NCBI RefSeq assembly: GCF_006345805.1
Contig: NC_043006.1
Span: 93,434,001-93,498,000 of the forward strand
Length of the DNA stretch: 64,000 bases
From: Octopus sinensis
Lineage: Eukaryota
Direction of reading: 5' to 3'
A program made the translations under genes and the position numbers. Numbering within the stretch: position 1 is the first letter of the stretch; every line of letters begins with the position of its first letter. The notes beneath the pieces were generated by a model. That model was not told where the DNA came from. It saw only the letters and a list, made by a program, of their open reading frames with translations, and ran no database searches. Below are positions 27,148-39,290 of the stretch, piece by piece.

Positions 27148-27555
27148 TGTGTGCTGTGTGGTATGGACCGAGCTTCCCAACCACATAGTTTCGGGTTCAG
27201 TCCGACGGTATAGCACCTTGAACATGTCTCTTCTAATATTGCCTCGGGCCGATCAAACTTTTGTGAATGTATTTGGCAGACGGAAACTGAAAGAAGCCCA
27301 TCGTTTGTATGTGTGTGTGTTTATTTGTGTACCTGTGTATGTGAGTGTGTGTGTGTGTGTCTGTATTCGTCCTTGGCCATCGCTTGACAACAGATGCTGG
27401 TGTGTTTATGTCCCTGTAACTTAGCGGTTCGGCAAAAGATGACGATAGAATGAGTATTAAGGCTTACAAAAATAATCCTGGGGTCGATTTATTCGACTTT
27501 AAAAAAAACCTTGATGGCCGTAATCAAATGACTGAAACAAGTAAAGAAAAGTAAA
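27148..27555 (+). mobile_element. Family B SINE
   Basis: Same modules as 18545. Confidence 0.88.
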
Positions 27556-28839
27556 AGAAAATAAACTACTCTACAGTTTGATGTGTTCAACACTTTTGGT
27601 ATCAGGCATTATTAACAAAAATGATAGCAAACATTTTTGTTAGCAATTTCCTTACAGCAATAAAACTGCCCAGCCAATTCCTTCAGTTTTGTAAGACTTG
27701 TAATTCTCCATTTATAGCGGTATGCTAGCAGTCGAACATATTCGTCGTATATTAAGAAAATAAAGTTAATTTAATGACTTAAATCAAATTACTTTTAAAA
27801 CTGGAAGTAAGGTCTTTAAAACAGTTTTCTTACTATTTTCCATAAAATATTTCAAAATTCTGTAATCTAAAATTTTTGCTCTTTCATACCTTCATTCACT
27901 ATTCCGAGTTTTAGGTTTTACACAGAATATTTCTAATAATGGATGCGATCTTTAGATTCTTGTAATACTAAGTTGGCATCTTATTGATCTGACCGTCTGT
28001 TGCTCTCATAGAGAATTGTATAAGCAAAATATAAGATGTGCCAACATTGGTAATGATAAAGAACGTAGTTTTACTCTTTTATTATTAGTCTGATTAATAA
28101 TTCTGAACATTAGCCATTGTCTTCTTATTTTAGACAAATTCCATTAGTAATTTAATAATTAATCGATTATTTAATTTAATCTGGAATATGTTCGGCCTAA
28201 CTTTGATTTTTCTCAAGATATAAATAGAATTATTCGTTATTTGACAGAAGATGTCCAGCTATAAAATATCGCTAATTTGCTTAATCTCCTATGAAGATAA
28301 AGTTGGCAAGAACTGTGAAAAACTGAACGAATTAATTGTTCTTTAAATGCTGATCCAAATAGCAAAATTTCAATATGGTAGTCGTTAATTAAATATAATG
28401 CTCTCGATGCTTTATTCTTTAAAACGTTGATAATAAAAGAGGAGCAAAATGAAATGTTTCACACATTTACTTAATTATGATCCACCAAAATACAACAAAG
28501 AAAATTCGTTTTTTTCTAACACAATTGAATTTTCAGAAAACTGTTAACAGCCAACAGCAGTTTCTGCAAAATATACTCCGATGTGGAAGGAAAATAAATG
28601 TGAAAGATAAAATCTGTCCGATTCATCAAATGAAGCTTTTTCTATTGTATACATATGTATGATATATGTATATGTGTGGGTTTGTGCGTGTATGTGTGTT
28701 TGTATGATGTATGTGTGGGTGTTTGCCATTGATAAGCTAAATTCAAAGACCATGAAGAATAACCATTCAAAAGAGCAGTTATTTTGATCTAAACATAACC
28801 TCCACAGTTTCAAATTTCATGCAAATATATATCTCTTTT

Positions 28840-29257
28840 TTTACTCTCTTTTACTTGTTTCAGTCATTTGACAGCAGCCATACTGGAGCACCGCCTTTAG
28901 TCGAGCAAATCGACCCAGGAGTTATTCCTTGTAAGCCTAGTACTTATTCTAGCGGTCTATTTTGCCGCACCGCTAAGCTACAGGGACGCAAACATACCAG
29001 CATCGGTCGTCAAGCGATGTTTGGGGGACAGACACACAAACACACAAACACACACACACACACACACACACATACATATATATATACATATATAAGACGG
29101 GTTTCTTTCAGTTTCCGTCTACCAAATCCACTCACAAGGCTTTGGTCGGCCCGAGGCTATAGTAGAAGATACTTGCACAAGGTGCCACGCAGTGGGAATG
29201 AACCCGGAACCATGTGGTTGATAAGCAAGCTACTTACCACACAGCCACTACTGTGCC
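28840..29257 (-). mobile_element. Family B SINE
   Basis: Well-preserved reverse-complement copy. Confidence 0.92.
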
Positions 29258-29697
29258 TATATTAAACATACGCATGCGCGCTTGTGTGTGTGTATGTGTG
29301 TTTCTGTGTGTGTGCGCGTGTGTGCACGTGTGTGCGTGAAGACCTGCGTATGAAAAATAAACATAAGTTTACATCATTTGTTCCTACGTCCGTTTCAGCA
29401 TCGTGGTTGTTTGGGACCCTGCATTGGATGCTTAACCACAGCAGATGGTCAGTGAACATTTCATTACATTACGTTACAGAGAACTTGTGTTTATAATTTC
29501 TCTTACATTTGCTCCGTATATAACTTGTAACACTACAAAGTACAGACGTGGCTGCGAATCACTGGAAGCAGGCTGGACGAGCATAATCTATGCGGAGTTA
29601 ATGAAAGGAAATAATCGTATGTCTGTTTGTATACATACGATACACTGTGTGCATGTGTGTGAGTTTGTGTGTGCGTGCGTGTGTGTTTGTGTGCGTT

Positions 29698-29895
29698 TGT
29701 TTATTTCATTTAAGTTCAGGATGTCTTGCAACGAAAGAGCCGGTTTCTAACCTAGATCCAAGACTCCTTCATTGGAATTCAACAACATCAACAAGTATTT
29801 ACGCACGTATGTGTGCATATGTGCAGTATTTGTATGTATGTATGTATGTATGTATGTATGTATGTATTCCAGCATGTAGGTATGTAAATATGTAT
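29698..29895 (-). mobile_element. Solo 3' UTR fragment related to the R4-like element at 31464
   Basis: Shares GTTTATTTCA..CTTGCAA..GAAAGA.CCGGTTTCTAACC.AGAT..TGGAATT..AACATCAACA with 31464-31545. Confidence 0.65.
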
Positions 29896-30639
29896 ATTTA
29901 TATATGTTCGTCCATACGTATATATTTGTACAAACGAAAGAGGTTCGGCCCCATGTTACTTATTATTTCGTGGGCTTGTAACAGGAACTTTGCTCTTTCG
30001 GTTTAAATAACAGATTATCGCATATCTAAGCCTGAGAAGCTAAGTATGATTTACGAGCAAACGGATTTTTAAGATGCCTGGAGGCGAATCAAACTTTTAT
30101 TTTAAAATGTGTATATGTGTGGTTTGTGTGTGCGTGTGCGCACACGTGAGCTTGTTAAATGAGAGCTGAAAAGCATGCATATAACATATATTTCATAATT
30201 CATGATGAACAATATTAAGTGTAAAATAATCTAAATCCTGATTTAGATAAACACAGCTTTTAATTTCGTTTTTGGATTTGATTTGCAAGATTCTTTATGC
30301 GAATCCGTGTATTGAGGCATATTTTATTGTGTATGGGGAGAGCCATTCTCTTTTAGGGCCTTATTATTTAGACACACTAACCAGTTTTCATTTCCACTCA
30401 TTTATTATTTATAAATTTTCGTTGCGTCTTACAACCTTCTCAATAGATGTTGGTTCCGCTTTTAAATTTATCTTAAATTCATCATGTATCATAATGATAT
30501 AATTATACAACGAACTATGTTCATCTTAATGAAATAAATGTTTGATACAAGTGAAGAAAGAACCTTATGTGAAATCTAAATTATATTCTGCTTCAAGGTT
30601 CCATCTTTTTCGTTTTCTTTCGGGTGTTATGATCAGAAT

Positions 30640-30905
30640 GTAGGGTAGGCGGTCTGGTCTTTTTCTGTTCTTTCTTTTCTCTAACAGTTCCAATCCCTGA
30701 TGTTTAATGCGTCGTTCTTCCAACCAGTTCATCAAGCTTAGCATCCTTATCACCCTTCTCCTTCCACTGCTTCTTTCCCCTTCAATCTTTCTGGTCATCG
30801 CGAAATTATCCAGACCCCTTTTCCTCATCGCATGACCAAGAGATCTCAATTGCTTGGCCCTTATCTCACGAAGCAGTTTCTTATTTAACTGGAGTTTCAA
30901 AAAAA
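30640..30905 (-). mobile_element. RTE-clade LINE, ORF C-terminal fragment
   Basis: LLREIRAKQLRSLGHAMRKRGLDNFAMTRKIEGERSSGRRR matches the RTE C-terminal pattern (RQL.F.GH.MR..GLE..V.TGKIEG.R.RGR). Confidence 0.8.
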
Positions 30906-31463
30906 TACCTCCTACATATCACTGGTACCGTAAGACGACTGACGGAGGAATCGCAACAGCAACACAAGGCGAGATACTGTCAGTGCCACCCAACAGGACC
31001 GTTAAAAAAGGGCATATCTCTAAGAAGATATGTATGTGGAATGACGAGCCTTTAAAAAGGCAGCATGGGTGCAATACAAGTGACTCGGTGGCTGATCCTT
31101 GAGTAATGTTCAACGGCGGATCTTGATTAAATGGCAGGCATCATAATAAATGGAGATACGGTCGTTAAGCAACGGTAAACAAAGTAACGGCAAGACACAT
31201 CACTACTTCACAGTTACCAAGGATAATCTCTGCCACATAGGTTGCATATGATGCCTAGATAGCTACATATCGTTTTTGCTACTTACGTAAAGTATTATTG
31301 AAGTTGGTTCCACTTGACTTTCTGTAATTTTAACAACTTGTTATTTATTTTCATCTTAATTACTAAAGATTTAATTTTTGATATTTTTACTGAAATTCTA
31401 TATTTTTAAATAAGGATGATTTTATATGTGTGTATGTGAATATATGTATGTATGTCATTAGTC

Positions 31464-32320
31464 AGTTTATTTCAAGAATTCTTGCAAATAGAGAAAGATC
31501 CGGTTTCTAACCAAGATTCACTGGAATTTCAACATCAACAACAGAGTATTTTTGTTTGCATGTATGTGTATATGCATATTTGTATGTTTTGCTTTATGTA
31601 TGTACTTTCAGGCATATAGTTGCATATCTAGACATGTTCATATATATTTAATTGATAAACTTCAGGAAAGATTTACAGATTTCTACAGTTCCAGTAATAG
31701 ATTGAGTCTGTAGTCTTCGAATTAGCTTTCTCCTATCTGGTTTTGAGAAGCCTAATTTCTCAAGATTGGTATTTAGGCAGTGTGCTACATATCCCAGGGC
31801 CCCAATAATTACAGGTATAAATCCGAACTTGTAGTCCGGATAGAGTAATTGCATATTTCTCAATAGTTCAACATAGGTGTTCTTATTTTCACTGATCTTC
31901 AGCTTTATGCTAACATTTACTGAGCAGCTAATTTCCACAACTGTGCACAGTTTCCCTTCTCAATTCCAAATCATTATATCAGGTCTGTTGTGCTTATATT
32001 ATATTGAGGTTTTTACTGGGACATTCTACCAGTACACCTTTTTTTTATTTTGGTGGGGCTATGGCTTCTACCATACTGTGGGTTCTTATTTCTTTGTCCT
32101 CGGGGTTATCTTTCCGACTGATTTCCTTATAGAGTGTCCTAGCTACAACGTCATGTCTCATCGGTAGATAATACCTTGAGGACATTTTCAGACAACTGCT
32201 TATGATGTGGGTGGTATCTTCGGTCTGAACTCCACAAAGACTGAATCGGTTGTCACATTTTACTACTTTTCTTGCGTCTCTATACATTTTGTGCATCAGG
32301 TACTTGGTTGATACTTCCTT
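31464..32320 (-). mobile_element. 5'-truncated R4/Dong-like non-LTR retrotransposon (CCHC finger, restriction-like endonuclease, 3' UTR)
   Basis: LCGVQTEDTTHIISSC..RHDVVA, HNRPDIMIW, EISC, IPVIIGALG; stops and frameshifts between blocks. Confidence 0.88.
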
Positions 32321-32454
32321 ATGTATGTATGCTTGTATGTATATATGTGTATATATATATATATGTGTGTGTGTGTATGTGTGTGTGTTTGTGTTTGTGT
32401 GCATGTGCATATGTGTGTATGCACGTGTGCATATATGTATGCATGAATGTATTT

Positions 32455-32945
32455 TTCTACTCATTGGATTGCGGCCGCGCGGAGGCGCCACCTTCAAGGG
32501 TTTGGTCGAACAATCTAACTTTATTACATGCGGGTTTTTTTCTCGAGTCTGGTAATCACGTTATTGTCCTTGACCGAACAGCTAAGTTACAGGGATGTTA
32601 ACTGGGTTGGTCAAATGGTGGCAGGGCAAATACAGACGCAGAGGCAAGTACACACAGCCTATGTCTATCAAATACACACACAAAGCATTGATCTGTCTTC
32701 AAATATAATAGACGACACTTGCTCAAGGGACTGAACCTGAAACCACCTGGTTGCCAAGTAAGCTTCTTAACCTCACAGCCATTCCGACACTTGCATATGT
32801 ATAGGTCTGTGCGGGAGTGTGTTGGTTTGTTTACGTCGCCGTAACCTGGAGATTCAGTAAAAGCGGCAAAATGAGTAGAGGCATCGGTTTGTTTCGACAA
32901 GGCGATGCCTCAGCATGGCCAAGTCGAATGACTGAAACAAGTAAA
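32455..32945. mobile_element. Family B SINE (minus, 32455-32790) next to an oppositely oriented 3' half (plus, 32800-32945)
   Basis: TCATTGGATTGCGGCC.. at 32461 and ..CAGCATGGCC..AATGACTGAAACAAGTAAAA at 32910-32946. Confidence 0.75.
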
Positions 32946-33769
32946 ATAGAAAAACCGTTGCCTCGTGGCTAGAATAACCAATTCCAAAACAAAAAAGAAA
33001 GAATAATTCATTGCAAAACTTCTATGAATGATTAATTCTTTTACACTCATTTGGATTACTTGAAATCTGATGTTCTTACATCCTACGCCATATTATATTA
33101 AAATATTTCATATTTAATAATAATATTGCATTTAATCTAGACTTCTACCTTGATCATAAGCTTTTGATCTGTGAAAATTACGATCTGAACAGGTGCAAAC
33201 ATGCAACACTAGAATAATTATAAAACATTATAGAATGAAATTATTATAAATTTTCATTTAGTGAATTATTAAGTGGTAATATAGACTTCTGTAGAAGTAA
33301 ACGATGATAATATTTAAATATTAATAGACGCACATAACATAATTTCAGAGTTAGGAAATCACACTATAAAGAAAAAATAAATAATTATGTTCTCACAAGT
33401 TGTGTGAAACTACAGGAAGACCGTTAAAAAAAATCATACAACAGAGAACTATGGCCAACAAGTTTTCTCATACCAAAACTTGACCTGCAATGATGTAGTT
33501 AACAGCAGGCAGTTCTAAAGAAAAAAATGTGTGCTGCACAGTTTTTAAAAAAGTGATATTTTTCTCAGTTAAGCAATAAACAGTCAGACATAAAGAAAAG
33601 TAAAACTAAATACTCAAAGATATAGAAACACGAATGAAATAAAAAACAAAAATCTATATGTTTAACATGTAATACACGAGTGGCGGTAAAGGTAGACAGA
33701 AGCCAAGATATATACGTTTAAAGAAAATAACATGTCTACAAACACGAATATACATACACACACCCACAC

Positions 33770-33858
<89 letters not shown>

Positions 33859-33934
33859 TATATATGTTGTGCATATATAAATATATATGAATATATATAT
33901 ACATCTACACATACACATATACATACTATATATG

Positions 33935-33967
<33 letters not shown>

Positions 33968-34561
33968 CAAATTGTGCATATATAAATATATATGTATATA
34001 TATCTATACATATATATTTGTATATTCACACACATACATATACATATATATACATATATGTGTGTGTATGTGTGTGTGTGTGCACAAACTTACAATAAAT
34101 ATAATAAAAAATAAAGCCCAGTAGGTATAAGAGCATATGAGTGTGAAACGTAAAAATTTTAACAATAAAGAATTAAAAATAAGTGAATTAATGAAAACAT
34201 ATAAGTAAATGTGATAAAAAAATTGTAATAAATTCATAATGTGTAAAAGTATGATTAAAAATTATTTTCAGAGATCAAAAGATTAAGATGAAGGTGAAAA
34301 TCGAGATGAAATGCAACATATTAAATATGGTGTATTTTAATATAGATTAAATTTGGGGGAAAAATTTTAGATTTTAAGTCACCCGGGTGAGTGAATAAAG
34401 ATCTAGTTCAGTATAACAGTATTTATATACAGAAACATCCAGTTTGTGTGTTTATGCGTGGTTTTGTGTGTATGTATGTGTGCATTTATGTATGAATAGG
34501 TATGATATATATGCATATATATGAATAGGTGTGATATATATGCATATATATATATGTATAT

Positions 34562-34624
<63 letters not shown>

Positions 34625-34810
34625 GCACGCAGGGTGAAGTGCTTAGGGGCATTTCATCCACTCCAACGTTCTGAGTTCAAATTCTGACTCCATCAATTTT
34701 TCTTTTCATTCTCTCAGGGTCGATAAAAATAAGTACCAGTTGAGTACTGGGGTCGATGTAATCAATTTATCCTCTCTCCCAAAATTGCTGGCTTTGCGCC
34801 GAAATTGGAA
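34625..34810 (+). mobile_element. Family A SINE
   Basis: TTCTGAGTTCAAATTC..GGGTCGATAAAAATAAGTACCAGTTGAGTACTGGGGTCGAT. Confidence 0.85.
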
Positions 34811-34823
34811 ATCCTCATCATCA

Positions 34824-34879
<56 letters not shown>

Positions 34880-35426
34880 GAGTGAGAGAGCAGTGCAGCC
34901 ATCAAAGTGACACTGGAGTAAAATATACGAAGCCCCATATACCCATCATGACTACCCGTCTGATAAAGGTACACCAGCAACATGCATCACAACCATATGT
35001 GCGCGACATGGTGATCTCATATCAAGATAAACAGCACATGACCTTGCAGGTGGGGCCCATTAGAATTTTCTTCAGGTTGAGTAGCCCATCCCGCTCAAAA
35101 GGTCCCTGAATAAGGGTTGTTTAAGGATGTTGAAAGAACCACCCATGTTTCCAGAGGTGAATTATTCAAACCCCAAATAATCCCTCTCATCACATGGCTA
35201 TGATGCTCCCCCACTACTTCTGCTCGTGATCAGAGATGCACATATCGTCAGCCACTAAGGGACATGCTCAACTGGTTAGGGTCAAACAACTGACAAGCAA
35301 ATCTGTGGTATTGAGCAGAATATTTGCTGTAGCCCATCTTTTATACCAAGACAAAACAATGTACATGATAACACTTCCAATCAGTTAAGATCAGAAGCCA
35401 TGAGAGCCACTGCCTGGTACTGCATC

Positions 35427-35428
<2 letters not shown>
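34880..35428 (-). mobile_element. Unclassified non-coding retroposon in (TAA)n, copy 1
   Basis: Bounded by (ATT)n on both sides; highly similar to copy 2. Confidence 0.75.
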
Positions 35429-35480
<52 letters not shown>

Positions 35481-35806
35481 GAGTGAGAGAGCAGTTCATG
35501 CCATCAAAGTGACACCGGGGTAAAATATACGAAGCCCAATATACCCATCATGACTACCCGTCTGATAAAGGTACACCAGGCACATGCATCACAACCATAT
35601 GTGCGCGACATGGTGATCTCATATCAAGATAAATAGCAACATGACCTTGCAGGTGGGGCCCAGTTAGAATTTTCTTCAGGTTGAGTAGCCCATCCTGCTC
35701 AAAAGTCCCTGATAAGGGTTGCTTTAGGATGTGAACGAAACACCTATGTTCCAGAGGTGAATTATTCAAACCAAAGAATCCCCCTCACACATGGCCATGA
35801 TGCTCT
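35481..35806 (-). mobile_element. Unclassified non-coding retroposon in (TAA)n, copy 2 (shorter)
   Basis: Same left end GAGTGAGAGAGCAG as copy 1; truncated at the other end; bounded by (ATT)n. Confidence 0.75.
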
Positions 35807-35807
35807 A

Positions 35808-35859
<52 letters not shown>

Positions 35860-35862
<3 letters not shown>

Positions 35863-36075
35863 GCGGCAAGATGGCAGACTCTTTAGTTTGTCGGAAAAAA
35901 ATGCTTAGTAACATTTCTTCCGGCTGCTTGCCTTTTGAGTTCAAATACCGGCTGAGATCAACTTTGCCTTTCAGTTGTTCCAGGTCAGTAAAAGAGTGTC
36001 AAAATGAGTACTAGAGGCAATGTAGACGCAATGTCCACCTGTTCCAAAATTTCAGTCCTTCTACCTATAAAAGAA
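35860..36075 (+). mobile_element. Diverged family A SINE
   Basis: GCGGCAAGATGGCAGA head; GAGTTCAAATACC..ACTTTGCCTTTCA. Confidence 0.7.
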
Positions 36076-36109
36076 AGGATCCACAAGTTTTCTTTTTTAT
36101 TCTCTCTCT

Positions 36110-37163
36110 GCTTTTTTTCTCTCATATTCCTTTTGTTGAAGAGCGAAGTCTCGAAACGTAAAAGAGTTTTCATTGTCCCGAGCGACCAATACACTTTCTT
36201 GTTGTTCATACATACACCTGTCTTCGTCTTCTGTTTTTCTATAAATATCAACTGAATGAATATACGTTCTTGTCCCAGTTTGTATTTTTCTACATATAAT
36301 ATATATAGCGACGTCCGTACCCTCATTGGCCTTAAGTACATATTCCTGTAAATTTGTTACAACTCTACACACTGTCTCTCCTCTCTCTCTCTCTCCTACA
36401 TTTCTATGCCTTTCACACTTTCACTCTACTTTGATCTGCCCCTTCTCTCTCTCTCCTTCTCTCGCTTCACTCTCTCCTCTCTCTCCTCTCTCTCTCGCCT
36501 CTTCTCTACTTCTCCTCCTTTTCTCTTTTCTTGCCTCTGATTCTTTGGTCTACTCTTCCCCCCCATCTCTCACATTTCTCTGTCTTTCTCATTTGCACTC
36601 ACAAGCCAATCCTTGGCACGCACTCTTCTTCTCCTCTCTTTAATTCTCTTCTCTCCTCTTCTCCCCCTTTGTTGCCTTCGTCCCTCTTTCTCTCTCTCTT
36701 TGTTTCCTTTACCCCCTTTCTCTTTCTCTATCTTCTCTCACGTGACCGCTGGTCAAAATCACCCTTTTGTCCTCCGACCACTGCCGTGAGAACATCGTTG
36801 TCTTCGTCTGCCGATAAAGGCATTTTTTCCAAATACGCCAGCTAAACTTGTACTGTTTATATTAGTCGTAACCCGCTGGTTTTTGTCCTGTTTTTACCAT
36901 TATGTTTTTTGTATTTTATATTCGTGTGGCATCGTCCGTTTTTCTGTCCCGGTTTCGTATACATTCGATCCTCTTCCCCAAGAAATCTAATGCTCGTAGC
37001 TTAGTTTTTCCTTGGGGCTGGCAGGATCGGAGCGATCTCAAGATTAATCAGCCGAAATTGCTAGGAAGATCCGGTTCTTGACTGAAGTTTGAAGGCTTCG
37101 TCCGTGTTTTTTGTATCGTCTTCTAATTGTTTTACGTTCTTGTCCCAGTTTGTATTTTTCTAC

Positions 37164-37168
<5 letters not shown>
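36110..37168 (+). mobile_element. PLE-type relics: terminal fragment (36110-36260) and an element bracketed by a 36-bp direct repeat
   Basis: CTTT-TGTTGAA-GAG..CTC-GAAAC-GTA-AAAG at ~36130. TACGTTCTTGTCCCAGTTTGTATTTTTCTACATATA at both 36263-36298 and 37133-37168. GGCTG..CAGCCGAAA at ~37016-37056. Confidence 0.55.
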
Positions 37169-37196
<28 letters not shown>

Positions 37197-37357
37197 AATG
37201 TATGTGTATTTTTTCAGTGTGTACGAATAACACGGAAAAAATAGCTATCAAGATAGCAAAAATTCACATAAGTGCCAAGGATGTTACAGCCTTCTTATAA
37301 AGATAGAAGTTCCAGGGTTTAGTGAAATGTTTTTGTATAGTAAAAAAACAAAATGGT

Positions 37358-38191
37358 GTTAAACGCAGGTGTTATTCAAATACTTATACTTCCTACATAT
37401 GTTTCGAAGAAAACATTGGCATTATTCCTGGGGGAATAAAATAGTGTAAAACAATGTAATCATCTCGTCAAGGAAAAAAGAGAAACAAAACACACCAATA
37501 AGTCATTTCAAACGAATGTGATTACCGCGTATATGATGAAAGGAACGCTGGCAAGTTTTATTTTTTAAAAAGTGTTAATAAAAACATAATAGACAATTTC
37601 GTTTGGAATGGAATATTCTGTCTAGATCCTTTCCACATGATAAATGTAATTCCTCTTGTCCGCTCTGTACCGAAGAACAATATCTCATTCTGCTCGCGGA
37701 GAATTCTCTTGTAAACACCTTCAAAGAACGCTTTTATCGTTGCAAACATTGGCAAAAATATACCTTTATTTCCTATACGTAGTTTCTACCAATCTATAAA
37801 AGTTGACTTTTCACTGTCTCTTTACATTTCATTTCCACTACATGTATCTATTTACACGCCTTTAAGCTTTATTTCCCTTCATCCATCGCTCTATATTTCT
37901 CCACCCTTAATTTTCTGTTAATTCCTTTCTTTCTCCTCCTTCTCTTTCTCTAAATTTCCTTTGACGTTAAATCTTTTAACGCTTTTTTTTAAACAACATG
38001 ATAGCGTTCCCTTTATCATATACGCGGTAATCACATTCTGTTAAAATGGCTTATTGGTGTGTTTTGTTCCTCTTTTTCCTTGACGAGATGATTACATTGT
38101 TTTACACCATTTTGTTTCCTCAGGAATAATGCCGACATTTTCTTCGAAACATGTCAAAAGTATAAAGATTTGAATAACATCTGCGTTTAAC
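37358..38191 (+). mobile_element. 3' fragment of a Penelope-like element with an inverted upstream copy of its terminal repeat
   Basis: ~190-bp inverted arms 37358-37549 / 38003-38191; PLE C-terminal protein remnant in the spacer. Confidence 0.8.
37582..37782 (+). pseudogene. PLE ORF C-terminus (post-GIY-YIG Cys/His motif)
   Basis: KHNRQFRLEWNILSRSFPHDKCNSSCPLCTEEQYLILLAENSLVNTFKERFYRCKHWQKYTF* matches the W.IL..PY..C.LC.EK..I..LN.R.E..CRH pattern of PLE termini. Confidence 0.75.
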
Positions 38192-38205
38192 TCCACTTCT
38201 TAATT

Positions 38206-38236
<31 letters not shown>

Positions 38237-38661
38237 CAAATAATTAGAAAATGGAGAAAACCACGGATTAACAAACACATCGGCTGGACCACATTTATAG
38301 ATTATTTTTAATACAAAGCATGACTTGAAATAGGTGACGGGGATATTATCAGTAACGGATACCGAGAGTATACATGGAGATTTTATCACTTAGTCGGTTA
38401 CTATAACCGCTAACTTTGTTTACACACTCACACACATATATATTTAAAATAATAAGGGTGAAAGATTGAATCAATAGTGGATCTTTTTCTAGCATAATGG
38501 ATGTCCACCTATAGGTCATCCCTCTTATACGTAATACATACATACATGCATGCATACATATCTTTTCTTTCAGTCACTATACACTGCAGCCATGTTGTGG
38601 CACCGCCTTGTAGAATTTTAGTCGGGTGAATCTGCGCGATTACATTTTTCAGTCTGGTACA

Positions 38662-39290
38662 TAATGCTGTGAGAACAGTAGAAATAATGGGTAAATAGCC
38701 TTACAAGGCGGAAAAAATTATCAACAAACAGCCATGGGATTCGAACACACATCACCCAAATCTCCGCTAAACTGTCCGGTGAGAAATTCATCCGCTGATT
38801 TAGATGTTGAATATCTTATTGAACAACTGTGTGTATAAATGCAAAGAAACTGACATTTGTTTTTATTAGAAGCGTCGAAATGTGTATTGTACGATACAAA
38901 GAAGAAGATATTTTTTCCAATGCAGTGATATTGTTAGAACAGCAGAAATAATGGTTAAATACCCTCACAAGGTGGAAAAAGTTGTCAGCAAACAGCCATC
39001 TTCTTGTTTGTATCGTTCAATACACATTTTGATTCTTCTAATAAATGCAAATGCTAGTTTCTTTATATTGATACACACGTGGTTGTTCAATAAGCTATTT
39101 AGCGTCTAAATCGTCGGGTGAATTTGTCAGCGGACAGGTTAGCGTAATGGGAAAGCATCCAGTCGGTGTTTTGGGTAATGTGGGTTCGAGTCCCATGGCT
39201 GTTTGTTGACAACTTGTTCCGCCTTGTAAGGGTATTTACCCATTATTTCTGCTATTCTGAAGGCATTACTGCGTTCGAGAACATATCATC
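38662..39290. mobile_element. tRNA-containing element in an inverted (fold-back) arrangement
   Basis: 38662-38909 is the reverse complement of ~38998-39268. A box TAGCGTAATGG at 39140-39150 and B box GGTTCGAGTCC at 39183-39193. A partial extra copy of the tail lies at ~38930-38998. Confidence 0.75.

Noticed and set aside
30854-31102. 82-aa plus-strand ORF next to the RTE fragment
   Set aside because: No recognisable motif; it partly overlaps the RTE antisense.
34272-34386. Acceptor/donor-bounded 115-nt segment ending in GG|GTGAGT
   Set aside because: Stops in all three frames; no supporting evidence.
34880-35806. CRISPR-like or LTR interpretation of the repeated units
   Set aside because: Eukaryotic DNA; no short repeat-spacer array, and no TG..CA ends, PBS or PPT.
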